A stretch of 32,000 nt of DNA from Nitrosopumilus sp. (GCA_965214775.1 OZ243974.1:2358632-2390631); one strand, 5' to 3'. Shown: positions 15,308 through 23,869, numbered from the stretch's first letter. Translations and numbers: made by a program. Notes: generated by a model from the letters alone, not told the origin.

Positions 15308-16327
15308 TTAGGCCGCAGCAGCGATTCTGGCCGGCGCCCTATCGTTGACCAGTCCGCACAGGATACTGTTTGCAAGGTCGCACTTTTTGAGTGGGTTTCG
15401 GTACCGGTCGCCCATGATCCTGTATGTTTTGACCCTGCGTATGGTGTTCCCCACGTACATGCGTATCTTTGAGTGCGTGATATTGTACTCTTTTTCCGCA
15501 TCGGTGAGCTTGCCGCCCGGTTTTTTCTTGATTGGGAGTATGACTTCAGTACCTGCATCCACTGACTGTGCTCCCTGGTATCCGCGATCCATGTAGTGCC
15601 GCAGCTTTGTACTCTTTTGTTGTTGCTGCGGCGCATCACCATCCCCGCTGCCGCCGGGGCACTTTTTCTTTCTCTCTTTTTCTTTCTTTGGTCGTACCGG
15701 AACGTGGGATGCCTCATCTGGTACATCGTGATGTCGTTTACGCGTCCCGGAGAGTGGGGCGTGTCTTGTGTACCAAGTCCGTGGATGTTGGTGATATACT
15801 GAACCTTGACTGTGTGCGTGCCTGCCTTGCCTGAATAGTGCGATTTCTCCATGTCCTTTCTCTTGGGCCTGCATATCTTTTGTTCTGAGGCATCTGTCAG
15901 GCAGACAAGTTTCGGTAATACGTCCATTAGCTCCTCTACTGAGGATATTCTCTTGGTGCCCGAATAGATCTTTTCGGGGATCGACAGGCACTTTTTGAGA
16001 ACCGGCGCAATCCCGTCTATCGAGCGCGAGACTGATGCCTGTCCTATTCCGAACATGGCAGATGCCACGTCCTGCGTGACGTACGTCCTGTAGTAGAACA
16101 GGGACAATAGAAGACTCTCCTTTAGGCTGAGGGCAGTCGGACGTCCTGCACCGATGATGTCACGCTTGCGGTCTTTTTTGGCAGAAAGCAGAAAGCCTCT
16201 TTCTGTCCCTCTTTGGGTGTTTTTTTGCCACCTTTGCATACAACAAATCAAATTCGGGGGCAGTCATGCCGGCAAACATCTTCTTGAATGTCCGGGGTTT
16301 TTTTGACAATTTATCAAATAACTTCAT
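15308..16327 (-). pseudogene. DDE_Tnp_4 (IS5/Harbinger-like) transposase with at least two frameshifts
   Basis: Three frames are needed. First is MKLFDKLSKKPRTFKKMFAGMTAPEFDLLYAKV (from ATG at 16327). Second is ..GAGRPTALSLKESLLLSLFYYRTYVTQDVASAMFGIGQASVSR..LTDASEQKI..YSGKAGTHTVK. Third is ..MDRGYQG..ILPIKKKPGGKLTDAEKEYN..HSKIRMYVGNTIRRVKTYRIM (ends at 15308). Confidence 0.75.
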
Positions 16328-16380
16328 GAATTGTACATTTTACTGGCATTTGGATCGGGTTGGTGTACATTATGTGTCTG

Positions 16381-16418
16381 TTTGATCAAAATTTGCTAAT
16401 TTCGAATCAACTCTCTGA
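16381..16418. mobile_element. MITE family C, truncated left arm (inverted)
   Basis: The reverse complement cagagagttgattcgaaattagcaaattttgatcaaa matches the first about 38 nt of the copies at 17308, 19142 and 23475. Confidence 0.6.
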
Positions 16419-16459
16419 AGAGGTGAAAAAAGACTTGGAATAAATCCCCACTCCAAAAA

Positions 16460-16762
16460 TTATTCTATCTTGCTTGAAATTTCTGATATTTTTTCAGATT
16501 CGTTTTCAATCATCCCAACAACGTATGCGACTCCAAGGTTATCCAAATATAGCACTGCCATGCTTTTTCCATCATCTGAAAGCAGTTTGCGTTTTACAAG
16601 TTTCTGCGCAACAGACTTGAATCCTTTTTTTACCCTGTACGCAGATGAGATCTTTTGCCAGTTTATCATCTTTGCAAACTTTTCAATGGCAACATATTTT
16701 GGCATTCCAATTATTCCCTTGCTGTATGCATGTAAAATCACTGCGATCTCATAGTCATGCAT
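16460..16762 (-). CDS. small winged-helix-like DNA-binding protein (hypothetical)
   Basis: 100 aa from ATG at 16762 (MHDYEIAV..). KGFKSVAQKLVKRKLLSDDGKSMAVLYLDNLG resembles a recognition helix plus wing. It is divergent from 16816-17349. Confidence 0.5.
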   Translation of the reverse strand: MHDYEIAVILHAYSKGIIGMPKYVAIEKFAKMINWQKISSAYRVKKGFKSVAQKLVKRKLLSDDGKSMAVLYLDNLGVAYVVGMIENESEKISEISSKIE

Positions 16763-16816
16763 ACTGTACAATTATGCAATAATTATTATATAAGCATACT
16801 GTACAATTATGCAATA
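16759..16816. promoter_or_regulatory. shared divergent promoter: two perfect 23-bp direct repeats around an AT box
   Basis: gcatactgtacaattatgcaata occurs at 16759-16781 and 16794-16816, separated by attattatataa. The repeats reach the ATG of the minus gene (16760-16762) and the A of the plus-gene ATG (16816). Confidence 0.6.
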
Positions 16817-17349
16817 TGCCCAGAACCGACCTTGCCAGTGCCACCTTGCAAATTATGAAGACACTCCAAAATGGAGAGTCATACACGCTAAACAAGATAA
16901 GCAGAGAAACGGAATTGAATTTTAGAACCGTTCAAAAGGTATTCAAGCTAATAGAGGCATTCCAGGAACAGCTAGAATCAAAAAAGATCAATATAATCCG
17001 CCAGAACCACGTAATCCGCATACAAATGAAGTCAAAAAGTGGAATAACATCGATGCCAACTCCAATACAAAAAATGCTTATTCGCACATCATACTATCCA
17101 ACACCTGGCAGAAACGAGGAACTGCTTGTGTATCTGTTACAAAACAACGCAACCAAAAATTCATCTGCAATACAAATGAATTCAAACAAGCTGTTAGACG
17201 AGTTGGTTGCAGCAGAGCACGTAATCAAGAAAGGAAAAAAATATCACTTGTCTGAGATGGGTCAAATCGCCGCAAAGGGCGCAATGTCGCTTTATCCAGA
17301 ACTAGTCCAGAGAGTTGATTCGAAATTAGCAGACTCTGATTATTTGTGA
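16816..17349 (+). CDS. hypothetical protein with two winged-helix-like segments
   Basis: 177 aa. ATLQIMKTLQNGESYTLNKISRETELNFRTVQKVFKLIE and LLVYLLQNN...LLDELVAAEHVIKKGKKYHLSEMG look like wHTH units. The last 14 codons are encoded by the MITE-C copy. Confidence 0.5.
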   Translation: MPRTDLASATLQIMKTLQNGESYTLNKISRETELNFRTVQKVFKLIEAFQEQLESKKINIIRQNHVIRIQMKSKSGITSMPTPIQKMLIRTSYYPTPGRNEELLVYLLQNNATKNSSAIQMNSNKLLDELVAAEHVIKKGKKYHLSEMGQIAAKGAMSLYPELVQRVDSKLADSDYL

Positions 17350-17451
17350 GCGAATCTGCATAAAACATCTCAAAATACCAGCAAAATGCCAGGTCATCTG
17401 CGAAACCGCTTGAGAGATTCGCACGGCTTTTGATTTCGGACCACCTCTCTG
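17308..17451. mobile_element. MITE family C (144 bp)
   Basis: Terminal inverted repeats are cagagagttgattcgaaattag / ttgatttcggaccacctctctg. Related full copies are at 19142-19283 and 23475-23617 in the same orientation. Confidence 0.75.
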
Positions 17452-17468
17452 CAGCTGCTTTTGGGCGG

Positions 17469-18278
17469 TCAGAGATGCGGTCCAATCTTGCCTAAAATTT
17501 CCTTTGCTGCAACATCCCACCCCACTCGAAGACCCTTTGGAACATACGGGTTTGTCGAGCCGTGCAGGCCCTTCATTTTTTGCCCATCCAGAAATTTTTC
17601 CGTCATCCTTGCTCTAAAATCATCATATTTTATGTCAGCGGAGATTAGAACATCTTTCAAGATTTCGATTATCGTACCTATTTCGCTCGTAATTTTGAGG
17701 CCAGAGTAGATGTCATAGACGTCTTTGCCCTCGTCTCTCTCGTAAAATGCCTTTAATTTTTTGGCAATCAGAGTGTGAAGTGAATAGACTGGAACCTTAC
17801 CTACTGTCAGCGGAAGTATCGTGCTGCTTGCACTGATTACTTGGTCACTTCCAGTCATTGCTTCTCCCATGTTGAATTCAAGAAACACGCTATCATCCAT
17901 ATTGATTTCGTTTTTGAATTTGCATGTAAAATGAATAATGTTTTTTCGCCGTGCCTCTTTTGGAATTGTGTAAGAGCTGCTCAATGGGGCAATAACGTTG
18001 TTTTTGATAAATTCTATTTTTTCATCTTTTGATCTGTCATCCTTGAAAAATATGTCCAGATCAATATCCTCTGAGAACCTCTGTATGTGGCCAAGATATA
18101 CTTTGTTCAACGAGGTACCGCCTTTGCATACCATTTTGGCCTCAGACAAGACTGCATCAGACAACATGACGGGACACGTCTTACTCCAGATGTCAAACAC
18201 CCTTGCCTCCTTTAGGACATATTGCATCCTAATCCTAGTTCTTGCAGCTGCCTGCTGTGCCTCCCGCAGTTCAACCAT
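17469..18278 (-). CDS. abiEii: AbiEii/DUF1814 nucleotidyltransferase toxin
   Basis: CKGGTSLNKVYLGHIQRFSEDIDLDIF matches the GGTxL...R.S.DIDL nucleotidyltransferase motif of AbiEii. It overlaps the upstream AbiEi-like gene by 8 nt. Confidence 0.8.
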   Translation of the reverse strand: MVELREAQQAAARTRIRMQYVLKEARVFDIWSKTCPVMLSDAVLSEAKMVCKGGTSLNKVYLGHIQRFSEDIDLDIFFKDDRSKDEKIEFIKNNVIAPLSSSYTIPKEARRKNIIHFTCKFKNEINMDDSVFLEFNMGEAMTGSDQVISASSTILPLTVGKVPVYSLHTLIAKKLKAFYERDEGKDVYDIYSGLKITSEIGTIIEILKDVLISADIKYDDFRARMTEKFLDGQKMKGLHGSTNPYVPKGLRVGWDVAAKEILGKIGPHL

Positions 18279-19092
18279 CGTACCACCACGAGAGAAGTTT
18301 TCTCTCCCCTATGTTGTCTGTCACCATCCATTCTTTGATGTACCTTCCGCCCTTCATGGCATAGTCAAGCTTTGCCTTGTTTTTTATCCTGCCCTCCAAA
18401 TATTCCACAAAGTCTGCAGGGATGTCATATCCCGTCTCTTTGTGAAGCAGTGAAAGCATATAGCCAATCTTCTGGCACAGGCTAGACGATCCAAAACGGT
18501 CAAGATGTCCCTCCATTTCAACCCAGTCCATTCCCTCTGCCAGGTGCAGGGATTTTAAAACCTCAGAATAGCCGCCTGCGTGACGCGGATGGCAGAAGCA
18601 GTCAAAGAACGTCTTTGCCTTTGTTGAGACCACGTACTTTCCCTTTTTCTCAAACCCGGCGAACCTCCTTCCCAGGTTTACGGCCCTTACCTCATAGTGC
18701 TCAAGCAACGGGGTCGTCTCCGACTTGTTTTTGGTCGCAACAAAAACTGTAAATGGCTCGTATTCGCTTAGCCCGTGTATTCTCAGTGCGCTTTGGAAGG
18801 CAAGGTACCCCGAGTACATCTTCAGGCTGACCTCGAAGGGATCCTCAAGGTATGCACGCCCCTCAAACGCGGTGCTGGCAGGAAGTCTCAGATATACACC
18901 CTTTCCCACTCCTGTTATCCAGCCCTTCTTTTCCAGCCTGCAGATTAGCACGTAGAGATAATCCCTGCTCAGCCCCAGTTCCTTGTCATCTATTTCAGAT
19001 ACCTTAAAGGAGTTCTTTCCCATGCTTTCCAGATACAAATAGAACTTTTGCTCTTCATGGCTGAGTGGCATTGTGGAGAGATTTAAATCCAT
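18271..19092 (-). CDS. abiEi: AbiEi-type antitoxin/transcriptional regulator
   Basis: 273 aa with an N-terminal wHTH (FKVSEIDDKELGLSRDYLYVLICRLEKKGWITGVGKGVYL) and a long C-terminal domain. Its size and position fit the AbiEi (COG5340-like) partner of AbiEii. Confidence 0.7.
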   Translation of the reverse strand: MDLNLSTMPLSHEEQKFYLYLESMGKNSFKVSEIDDKELGLSRDYLYVLICRLEKKGWITGVGKGVYLRLPASTAFEGRAYLEDPFEVSLKMYSGYLAFQSALRIHGLSEYEPFTVFVATKNKSETTPLLEHYEVRAVNLGRRFAGFEKKGKYVVSTKAKTFFDCFCHPRHAGGYSEVLKSLHLAEGMDWVEMEGHLDRFGSSSLCQKIGYMLSLLHKETGYDIPADFVEYLEGRIKNKAKLDYAMKGGRYIKEWMVTDNIGERKLLSWWYDG

Positions 19093-19141
19093 AATCTAAC
19101 CATGGCAGTTAGATTTTAAATTCTTTTCTCACCAACTGCCA

Positions 19142-19283
19142 CAGAGTTTATTCGAAATTAGCAGATTCTGATTATTTGTGGATGAATTTGCATAAAACGG
19201 CTCAAAACACCAGCAAAATACAAACTATCTGCGAAATCACTTGGAAAATTCGCACGACTTCTAATTTCGGATCATCTATCCTG
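19142..19283. mobile_element. MITE family C
   Basis: cagagtttattcgaaattagcagattctgattatttgtg...ctaatttcggatcatctatcctg, in the same orientation as the 17308 copy. Confidence 0.75.
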
Positions 19284-19330
19284 TGGCCAAACATGAAAAT
19301 CACAACTGCAGGCAACTCCTGCCTAATTGA
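19284..19330. mobile_element. MITE family A core fragment
   Basis: ..catgaaaatcacaactgcaggcaactcctgcctaattga matches the A/A2 core. The termini are missing. Confidence 0.4.
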
Positions 19331-19411
19331 CAGAGTACAACATCATGTCCTCAACTTTCTAGGCGTAAAACATTCATCCAATTCCTGTTCACACCTGATT
19401 TTACGGAGGAC

Positions 19412-19612
19412 ATGATGTTGTACCAACAAACTATTGAATCCCAATCCTTTTTTTATGACGGAATAAAACAAGACATGTCTGATACAAAACAGATGGAATC
19501 CCCTCCGTTATCTGATGAAGAAATCAGGGACATTAAAGAATTTTATGCACATCCTGAAGATCGAAAAATCGTGACATTTGACGAACTGCTTGAAGAGCTG
19601 CACAGTGATTAG
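19412..19612 (+). CDS. small acidic antitoxin-like protein
   Basis: 66-aa ORF (..PPLSDEEIRDIKEFYAHPEDRKIVTFDELLEELHSD) immediately upstream of a decayed RelE-like gene. Confidence 0.5.
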   Translation: MMLYQQTIESQSFFYDGIKQDMSDTKQMESPPLSDEEIRDIKEFYAHPEDRKIVTFDELLEELHSD

Positions 19613-19615
19613 AAA

Positions 19616-19877
19616 TTGTGGGATTTGGACAGAAACAAAAAATTCATCAGACAGTACAAGAGACTTGATTGTACAATATGACATCTTGCAGACAATGCAA
19701 TATACGACATCATAACGTCGGCAAACCCTGCTGATCTTGGAGTGTACAAACAAGACATGAGAACTTTTTCTTATGAACTTGGCAGAAAGCACCGAATCAT
19801 TTTCAGTACGATATAACGGCAGCGTCGTGGAGTTGCTTTGAGTGTGCGACCACAAGTCAGTCTACGGCAAGAACTGA
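19616..19877 (+). pseudogene. RelE/ParE-family toxin, decayed
   Basis: The pieces are spread over three frames: (M)WDLDRNKKFIRQYKRLD, then DIITSANPADLGVYKQDMRTFSYELGRKHRIIFSTI, then NGSVVELL*VCDHKSVYGKN. There are at least two frameshifts and an in-frame TGA. Confidence 0.65.
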
Positions 19878-20032
19878 TGGTACAAACAACCAAATTCTTC
19901 CCTGACTGAAACTGCTTTACAACTTTTGTACCGTGACCTTGACTCGGATCCAGGATGTGCAAAATAATCCAAAATTCAAAAAGTGTGCGAAAAAAAGCGT
20001 TCCTATTCTAGCGGGGTCCTCACCAACAGTAC

Positions 20033-20290
20033 GTGGCATTTGCAACCAACCTCCCGTTCTCCAACACGCTGCACGAGATCGATACTGCCCCACCGGACTA
20101 CCGGAAGAGGTGGGGAATAGAGACAGGATGCAGACAGATAGAGCAGATACGGGCCAAGACCATAAGCAGGAACCAGGACATCAGGCTACTTGCATTCTTT
20201 GTGTCTGTCTTTGTGTACGCCATGTGGGCCGTCGAGCGCAACAGGGACGACATATGGTGTGGTGGAAGGGACTACATTTTACAAACTTGA
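20033..20290 (+). pseudogene. C-terminal fragment of an IS4/ISH3-like DDE transposase
   Basis: PPDYRKRWGIETGCRQIEQIRAKT resembles the Y(R/K)xRWxIE block near the C-terminus of IS4/ISH3-type transposases. No N-terminal or catalytic region is present. Confidence 0.55.
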
Positions 20291-20343
20291 CTAGAATTAC
20301 TTCTCCATCCTATACGACGACATATGGTGTGGTGGAAGGGACT
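20247..20343 (+). repeat. 27-bp direct repeat pair at the transposase-fragment end
   Basis: acgacatatggtgtggtggaagggact occurs at 20247-20273 and 20317-20343. Confidence 0.85.
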
Positions 20344-20634
20344 TTACATTATTGCGGGTTTCATACGCGATTCTTATGGCTGCTAGAAGGAATCTTGCAG
20401 AATACGGGTTTGCCGGCCCACCACTGCTGCCGCAGGGTCGAGGTGGCCTTTGGGGGGGGTTACATTTCCGTCTACTGTTGATCGGTACATCCTAAAGTAA
20501 TCCTTTGCAACCCTCTTCAAATTAGTTGCGACCTAATTTTCGTACAATCGAAGTCTGCCGTTGAAGAACAAAAGATAAAATTCTGTAGAACCAAGATCAG
20601 TTGGGGTTATAACATCTTGATTTGTGTAGAAATC

Positions 20635-21108
20635 ATGTCATCAGACAGTGAAATTGTAATGGAAATCGATGAAAGTTTTCTGATTGAAACAAATGAAAAA
20701 GTCCTCTTGAGAGAAAAAGAAAGAACCGGCAAAGTGGTCTATATCGAGACTGTTCCTCAAAATCTTGCCCGGGTATTGCCCAAAGTGAGCGAGTATGGCA
20801 ATTCAGGAAACATAACAGAAGACCTGATTCAAAAGGCATCTGCCATAATGGCGGCGATTCCTTGGCTTCAGGCGTTCTTTGATGGCAATAGAAGAACTTC
20901 GATTGTTGCTGCAGGAACGTTTCTGCGTGATAATGGCTATGAACTGTGTATCAGCTCAGAAGAGGAAAACACAGAACTGAGAAAGATGTTGAGTGAGATC
21001 AAGAAACACAGGCGTGGTCTTGAGCCGGCTATTATGCAGAAGTTGTCTTTATATATCTCAGAAAGGATGAACAAATATGAGTCCAAAACACGAAAAGATC
21101 ACGGATGA
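20635..21108 (+). CDS. Doc/Fic-fold protein with degenerate active-site motif
   Basis: PWLQAFFDGNRRTSIVAAGTFLRDNGYEL aligns to HxFxDGNKR, with Q in place of His and R in place of Lys. ATG at 20635 (MSSDSEIV). Confidence 0.6.
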   Translation: MSSDSEIVMEIDESFLIETNEKVLLREKERTGKVVYIETVPQNLARVLPKVSEYGNSGNITEDLIQKASAIMAAIPWLQAFFDGNRRTSIVAAGTFLRDNGYELCISSEEENTELRKMLSEIKKHRRGLEPAIMQKLSLYISERMNKYESKTRKDHG

Positions 21109-21160
21109 ACTCATCGAAAAGTATTCTAAAATCTTGGATGACCTTGCTACTGACGACTAG
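21077..21160 (+). CDS. possible 27-aa partner ORF overlapping the Doc-like 3' end
   Basis: MSPKHEKITDELIEKYSKILDDLATDD shares an (E/D)x(Y/I)xxxxKxhh(D/E)xL(A/G) pattern with the N-termini of 9266-9481 and 23940-24041. It is too short for the ORF track. Confidence 0.35.
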   Translation: MSPKHEKITDELIEKYSKILDDLATDD

Positions 21161-21660
21161 TTTCTAAAACTGCACATTCTCATTTCCGCACTGAAAGGTA
21201 GCAGGCAGGACTGGATGTTCAGTTCTGAATCTTGTTATTGCTGAATACCGATCAAGTGGAAGCAAGAGTTTACCCCTTACCTATTTGGTGAATTCTTTCT
21301 GACCACCCGATCTATAATCTTATCGGTAGATTTCTGGAAAAATTCTAGACAACGCCCATCTAAGTGAAAGGTACTAAAAAATCGAGTAAAAACACAAGAT
21401 GTACAGGAGACACGCTACCTGAATATCAGGACAAAACAACAAACTTCACTTACTTTTCGCTTAGCTGCTGTTGGGGGTTGCCCATATTTGGGTCAGGCTG
21501 GCACCGCATCCATGTTACGCCTTCTGCAATCGTTTGATCCTCCCGTCCAGTACAGTCATCATGGTTCTGATTTTTCATGTGGTGTTGTCCGATCTTGTCA
21601 CGCAGGCAAGCAGATTCCGGCGATCCAATCACCGGAATTTGGTAAAAACCCCGGATCCAT

Positions 21661-21670
21661 TTTATATAAT
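21661..21670 (+). promoter_or_regulatory. candidate TATA box for hicB
   Basis: tttatataat is centred about 25 nt upstream of ATG 21690. Confidence 0.3.
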
Positions 21671-21689
21671 TACAGTTCGTATGAGGCAT

Positions 21690-21899
21690 ATGAGTAAAAA
21701 GGACGATTATAGCGTTCTAGTAGAGAAGGACGGGAAATTCTTTGTTGGTTACTGTTTGGAGATTCCGCAAGCTAGGGGCCAAGGAGACACAAAGCAGGAG
21801 GCAGTGACAGATACAAAAAAAGCAATCAGGCTGTGCAGATCATATCTTGAAGATAAAAAGAAGGATCTGGCATCAAAGTTAGTTACCGTGTCGCTTTGA
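21690..21899 (+). CDS. hicB: HicB-family antitoxin (UPF0150)
   Basis: YSVLVEKDGKFFVGYCLEIPQARGQGDTKQEAVTDTKKAIRLCRSYLED is the classic HicB N-domain pattern. An alternative ATG is at 21681. The track start at 21471 is rejected. Confidence 0.75.
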   Translation: MSKKDDYSVLVEKDGKFFVGYCLEIPQARGQGDTKQEAVTDTKKAIRLCRSYLEDKKKDLASKLVTVSL

Positions 21900-22110
21900 G
21901 CCTTCCTGTTGTCGGGTATTTGGAGATGCTCAAGGCATTGCGAAAAAGAGATTTTTTCCCGGTCAGGCAAACCGGAAGCCATATCATAGTTGAGGATGGC
22001 GGGGACTATGGGCTTCGATTCCCAGAAAAAAAGAGCTGGGCAGAGGACTGACATTGTCAATAATTTCTGATTGCGGATTGACAAAAAAGGAGTTTCTTGC
22101 GTTGTTGTAG
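21896..22110 (+). pseudogene. hicA: HicA toxin interrupted by a frameshift in an A7 run
   Basis: The first frame gives (M)SLPVVGYLEMLKALRKRDFFPVRQTGSHIIVEDGGDYGLRFPEKK. The remainder, ELGRGLTLSIISDCGLTKKEFLALL*, is in the -1 frame after A7 at 22026-22032. One extra A would restore a full HicA. Confidence 0.75.
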
Positions 22111-22136
22111 CGTAGAGCAAAAGTTCCTGAAGATTA

Positions 22137-23237
22137 TAGCAACGAGTATAAGTCTTTGAGCCAAAACAAGGTCATTCGAAAAGTATAATGATCACGTAAC
22201 TGGCGCAGTATGTATGGCAAAAGAAACAGACATCCTGTCAGAGGCCATGCGCAAAGAAAAGGATGCCAAAGTCTACAAAAAGATCATGGCGTTGATGTTT
22301 GTGTCAGAGGACGACATAGGCGTGCCCGAGGCTGCAAGGAGTCGGTGCAGTGAGAATTCCGTGCGCAACTGGCTGGCGAGGTTTTCGGAGGGCGGCATAG
22401 ACGGTCTCCGGGATCTTCCACGCTCCGGACGCAGGCCAAGGGTGGACAGAAAAAAGATTGCCGCCATAATGGATCTGTCCATTGAATACAACAGTACCGA
22501 TGTCATGACGGTACGCGATGACATAAGGAATGCCACCGGGATAGAATACAGCATAGAGCATGTCCGAAGACTGATGTGCCAGCACGGCCTGTCGCGCCGC
22601 AAGGTGCAAAACATACATGTCAACCATGCCGCCCCAAATCCGGCATACCCATGGCAGCGATACCTTGAAAACGTGCGGTTCCGCGCCTGAAAAAAGACGG
22701 TTTTACGCTGGTGTCATCTGATGAGGCATTCTTCGTGCAGGGCTCATACGACAGATGCGCATGGGATCCGGTCGGCACCAGAGGTGTGGCCTCGTATTCG
22801 GGGAACCGCACAAAGGTGGCCGTGTTTGGAAGCATCGCAGAAGACGGCAGGAGGCTGTTCGGGACGTTTACGGGATCGCTTGCGTCGGTGCAGTTCATGG
22901 AATGTCCGGGGCGCTGCGCGCCAAGTCTGGCAGGGTTGCAGTCTTTTGCGACAGGTGGAGCGTGCACAGATCTGCTGCCGTCGCAGAATATCTGGCGGGC
23001 CATCCCGACGTCAGGCTGATAATGCTCCCAAAGGGATCGCCGTACCTCAATGTCGTGGAAGAATGCTGGAACCTGGGCAAGCCTATCGTTTTCAGTGGGA
23101 TAGTGTACAGAAAGATCAGCGAATTGCGGCATGCTATATCCGAATATTACAGGACGGCGTCGCTTGCCCGCCTTTGCATGTACAGGTACATTTACAGATC
23201 GCCGGTCAAGGCCCTCAATTACTTGTGACCGTTGCTA
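22137..23237 (+). mobile_element. IS630/Tc1-mariner-like insertion sequence (1101 bp)
   Basis: The ends are tagcaacgagtataagtctttgag... and ...ccctcaattacttgtgaccgttgcta. TA is present on both sides (22135-22136 and 23238-23239). It is the parent of MITE family E. Confidence 0.85.
22214..23228 (+). pseudogene. IS630-family transposase, two frameshifts
   Basis: The HTH part occupies frame 2 (to 22690). LKKDGFTLVSSDEAFFVQ...VAVFGSI is in frame 1. ..GRVAVFCDRWSVHRS..LPKGSPYLNVVEECW (DDE_3) is in frame 3. The breaks lie near 22685 and near 22900. Confidence 0.8.
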
Positions 23238-23287
23238 TAACACAATGAGATCATCGATTTTTATTTTCTCTACATCAGACATGCTGT

Positions 23288-23406
23288 GTAACAGGATAGC
23301 CCCTGCCTAGGTAGCAATCAGGCACGAATCTGCCTGCAGCTGTGATTTTCATGCCTGATCTGCAAGGGACGTAATTCCAACTCTAGGCAGGGGCTATCCT
23401 GTTACC
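23288..23406. mobile_element. MITE family A2 (inverted relative to 10813 copy)
   Basis: gtaacaggatagcccctgcctagg...ctaggcaggggctatcctgttacc, flanked by atgctgt / atgctgc (6 of 7 duplicated). Confidence 0.8.
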
Positions 23407-23474
23407 ATGCTGCCTACTCACCAATTCCTTGTCTTTCGTAGCAACGCCTGTCGTAATAGGTTTTGTTGTTGATC

Positions 23475-23617
23475 CAGAGAGTTAATTCGAAATTAGCAAA
23501 CTCTGATCATTTGTGAACGAATTTGCATGAGACAGCTCAAAATATCAACAAAATACAAGCTATCTGTGAATTCGCGTGAAAAATTCGCATGGTTTCTAAT
23601 TTCGGATCACCTCTCTG
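23475..23617. mobile_element. MITE family C
   Basis: cagagagttaattcgaaattagcaaactctgatcatttgtg...ctaatttcggatcacctctctg. Confidence 0.75.
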
Positions 23618-23619
23618 CA

Positions 23620-23730
23620 AGGGTGATCTGGCACATGCTGACCGACGAGACGGAATACAGCACGCAGGACAAGGAGCTCACGCAGAGAAAGCGTAAGGCG
23701 ATGGAATGCCTGGCAGATGCGTCTGACTGA
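23620..23730 (+). pseudogene. C-terminal tail of an IS110-family transposase
   Basis: ARVIWHMLTDETEYSTQDKELTQRKRKA resembles the conserved C-terminal helix of IS110-type transposases. Everything upstream is replaced by the MITE. Confidence 0.4.
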
Positions 23731-23782
23731 GAAACGCACACTCGCAGCGGCCCGTGCAGGGAACCGGAATAATTTGATATGG

Positions 23783-23869
23783 GAGTTTACCCCCTAGGCG
23801 ACACTGCTGGCCGGAGCCTTCATGATCACGCCTGCCACGCCGTATCTTGGGGGAGGGGCAAACTCTTAC
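23783..23869. mobile_element. MITE family B, third copy
   Basis: gagtttaccccctaggcgacactgctggccggagcctt...ggggcaaactcttac is closely related to the 7255 copy. The exact left end and TSD are unclear. Confidence 0.7.

Noticed and set aside
17225-17709. ORFs 17225-17485, 17326-17520 and 17461-17709.
   Set aside because: They are read through the MITE-C copy or antisense to the abiEii 3' end. No motifs are present, and equivalent frames are not conserved in the other MITE-C copies.
21471-21680. Long N-terminal extension of the HicB ORF.
   Set aside because: The HicB domain starts at MSKKDDYSVLVEKDG. The upstream part has no similarity, and the TATA-like box at 21661 lies inside it.
22620-23132. 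170-aa minus-strand ORF and the other overlapping ORFs within 22273-23248.
   Set aside because: They are antisense or out of frame within the IS630-like transposase gene. The plus-strand pieces carry the recognisable HTH and DDE_3 motifs.
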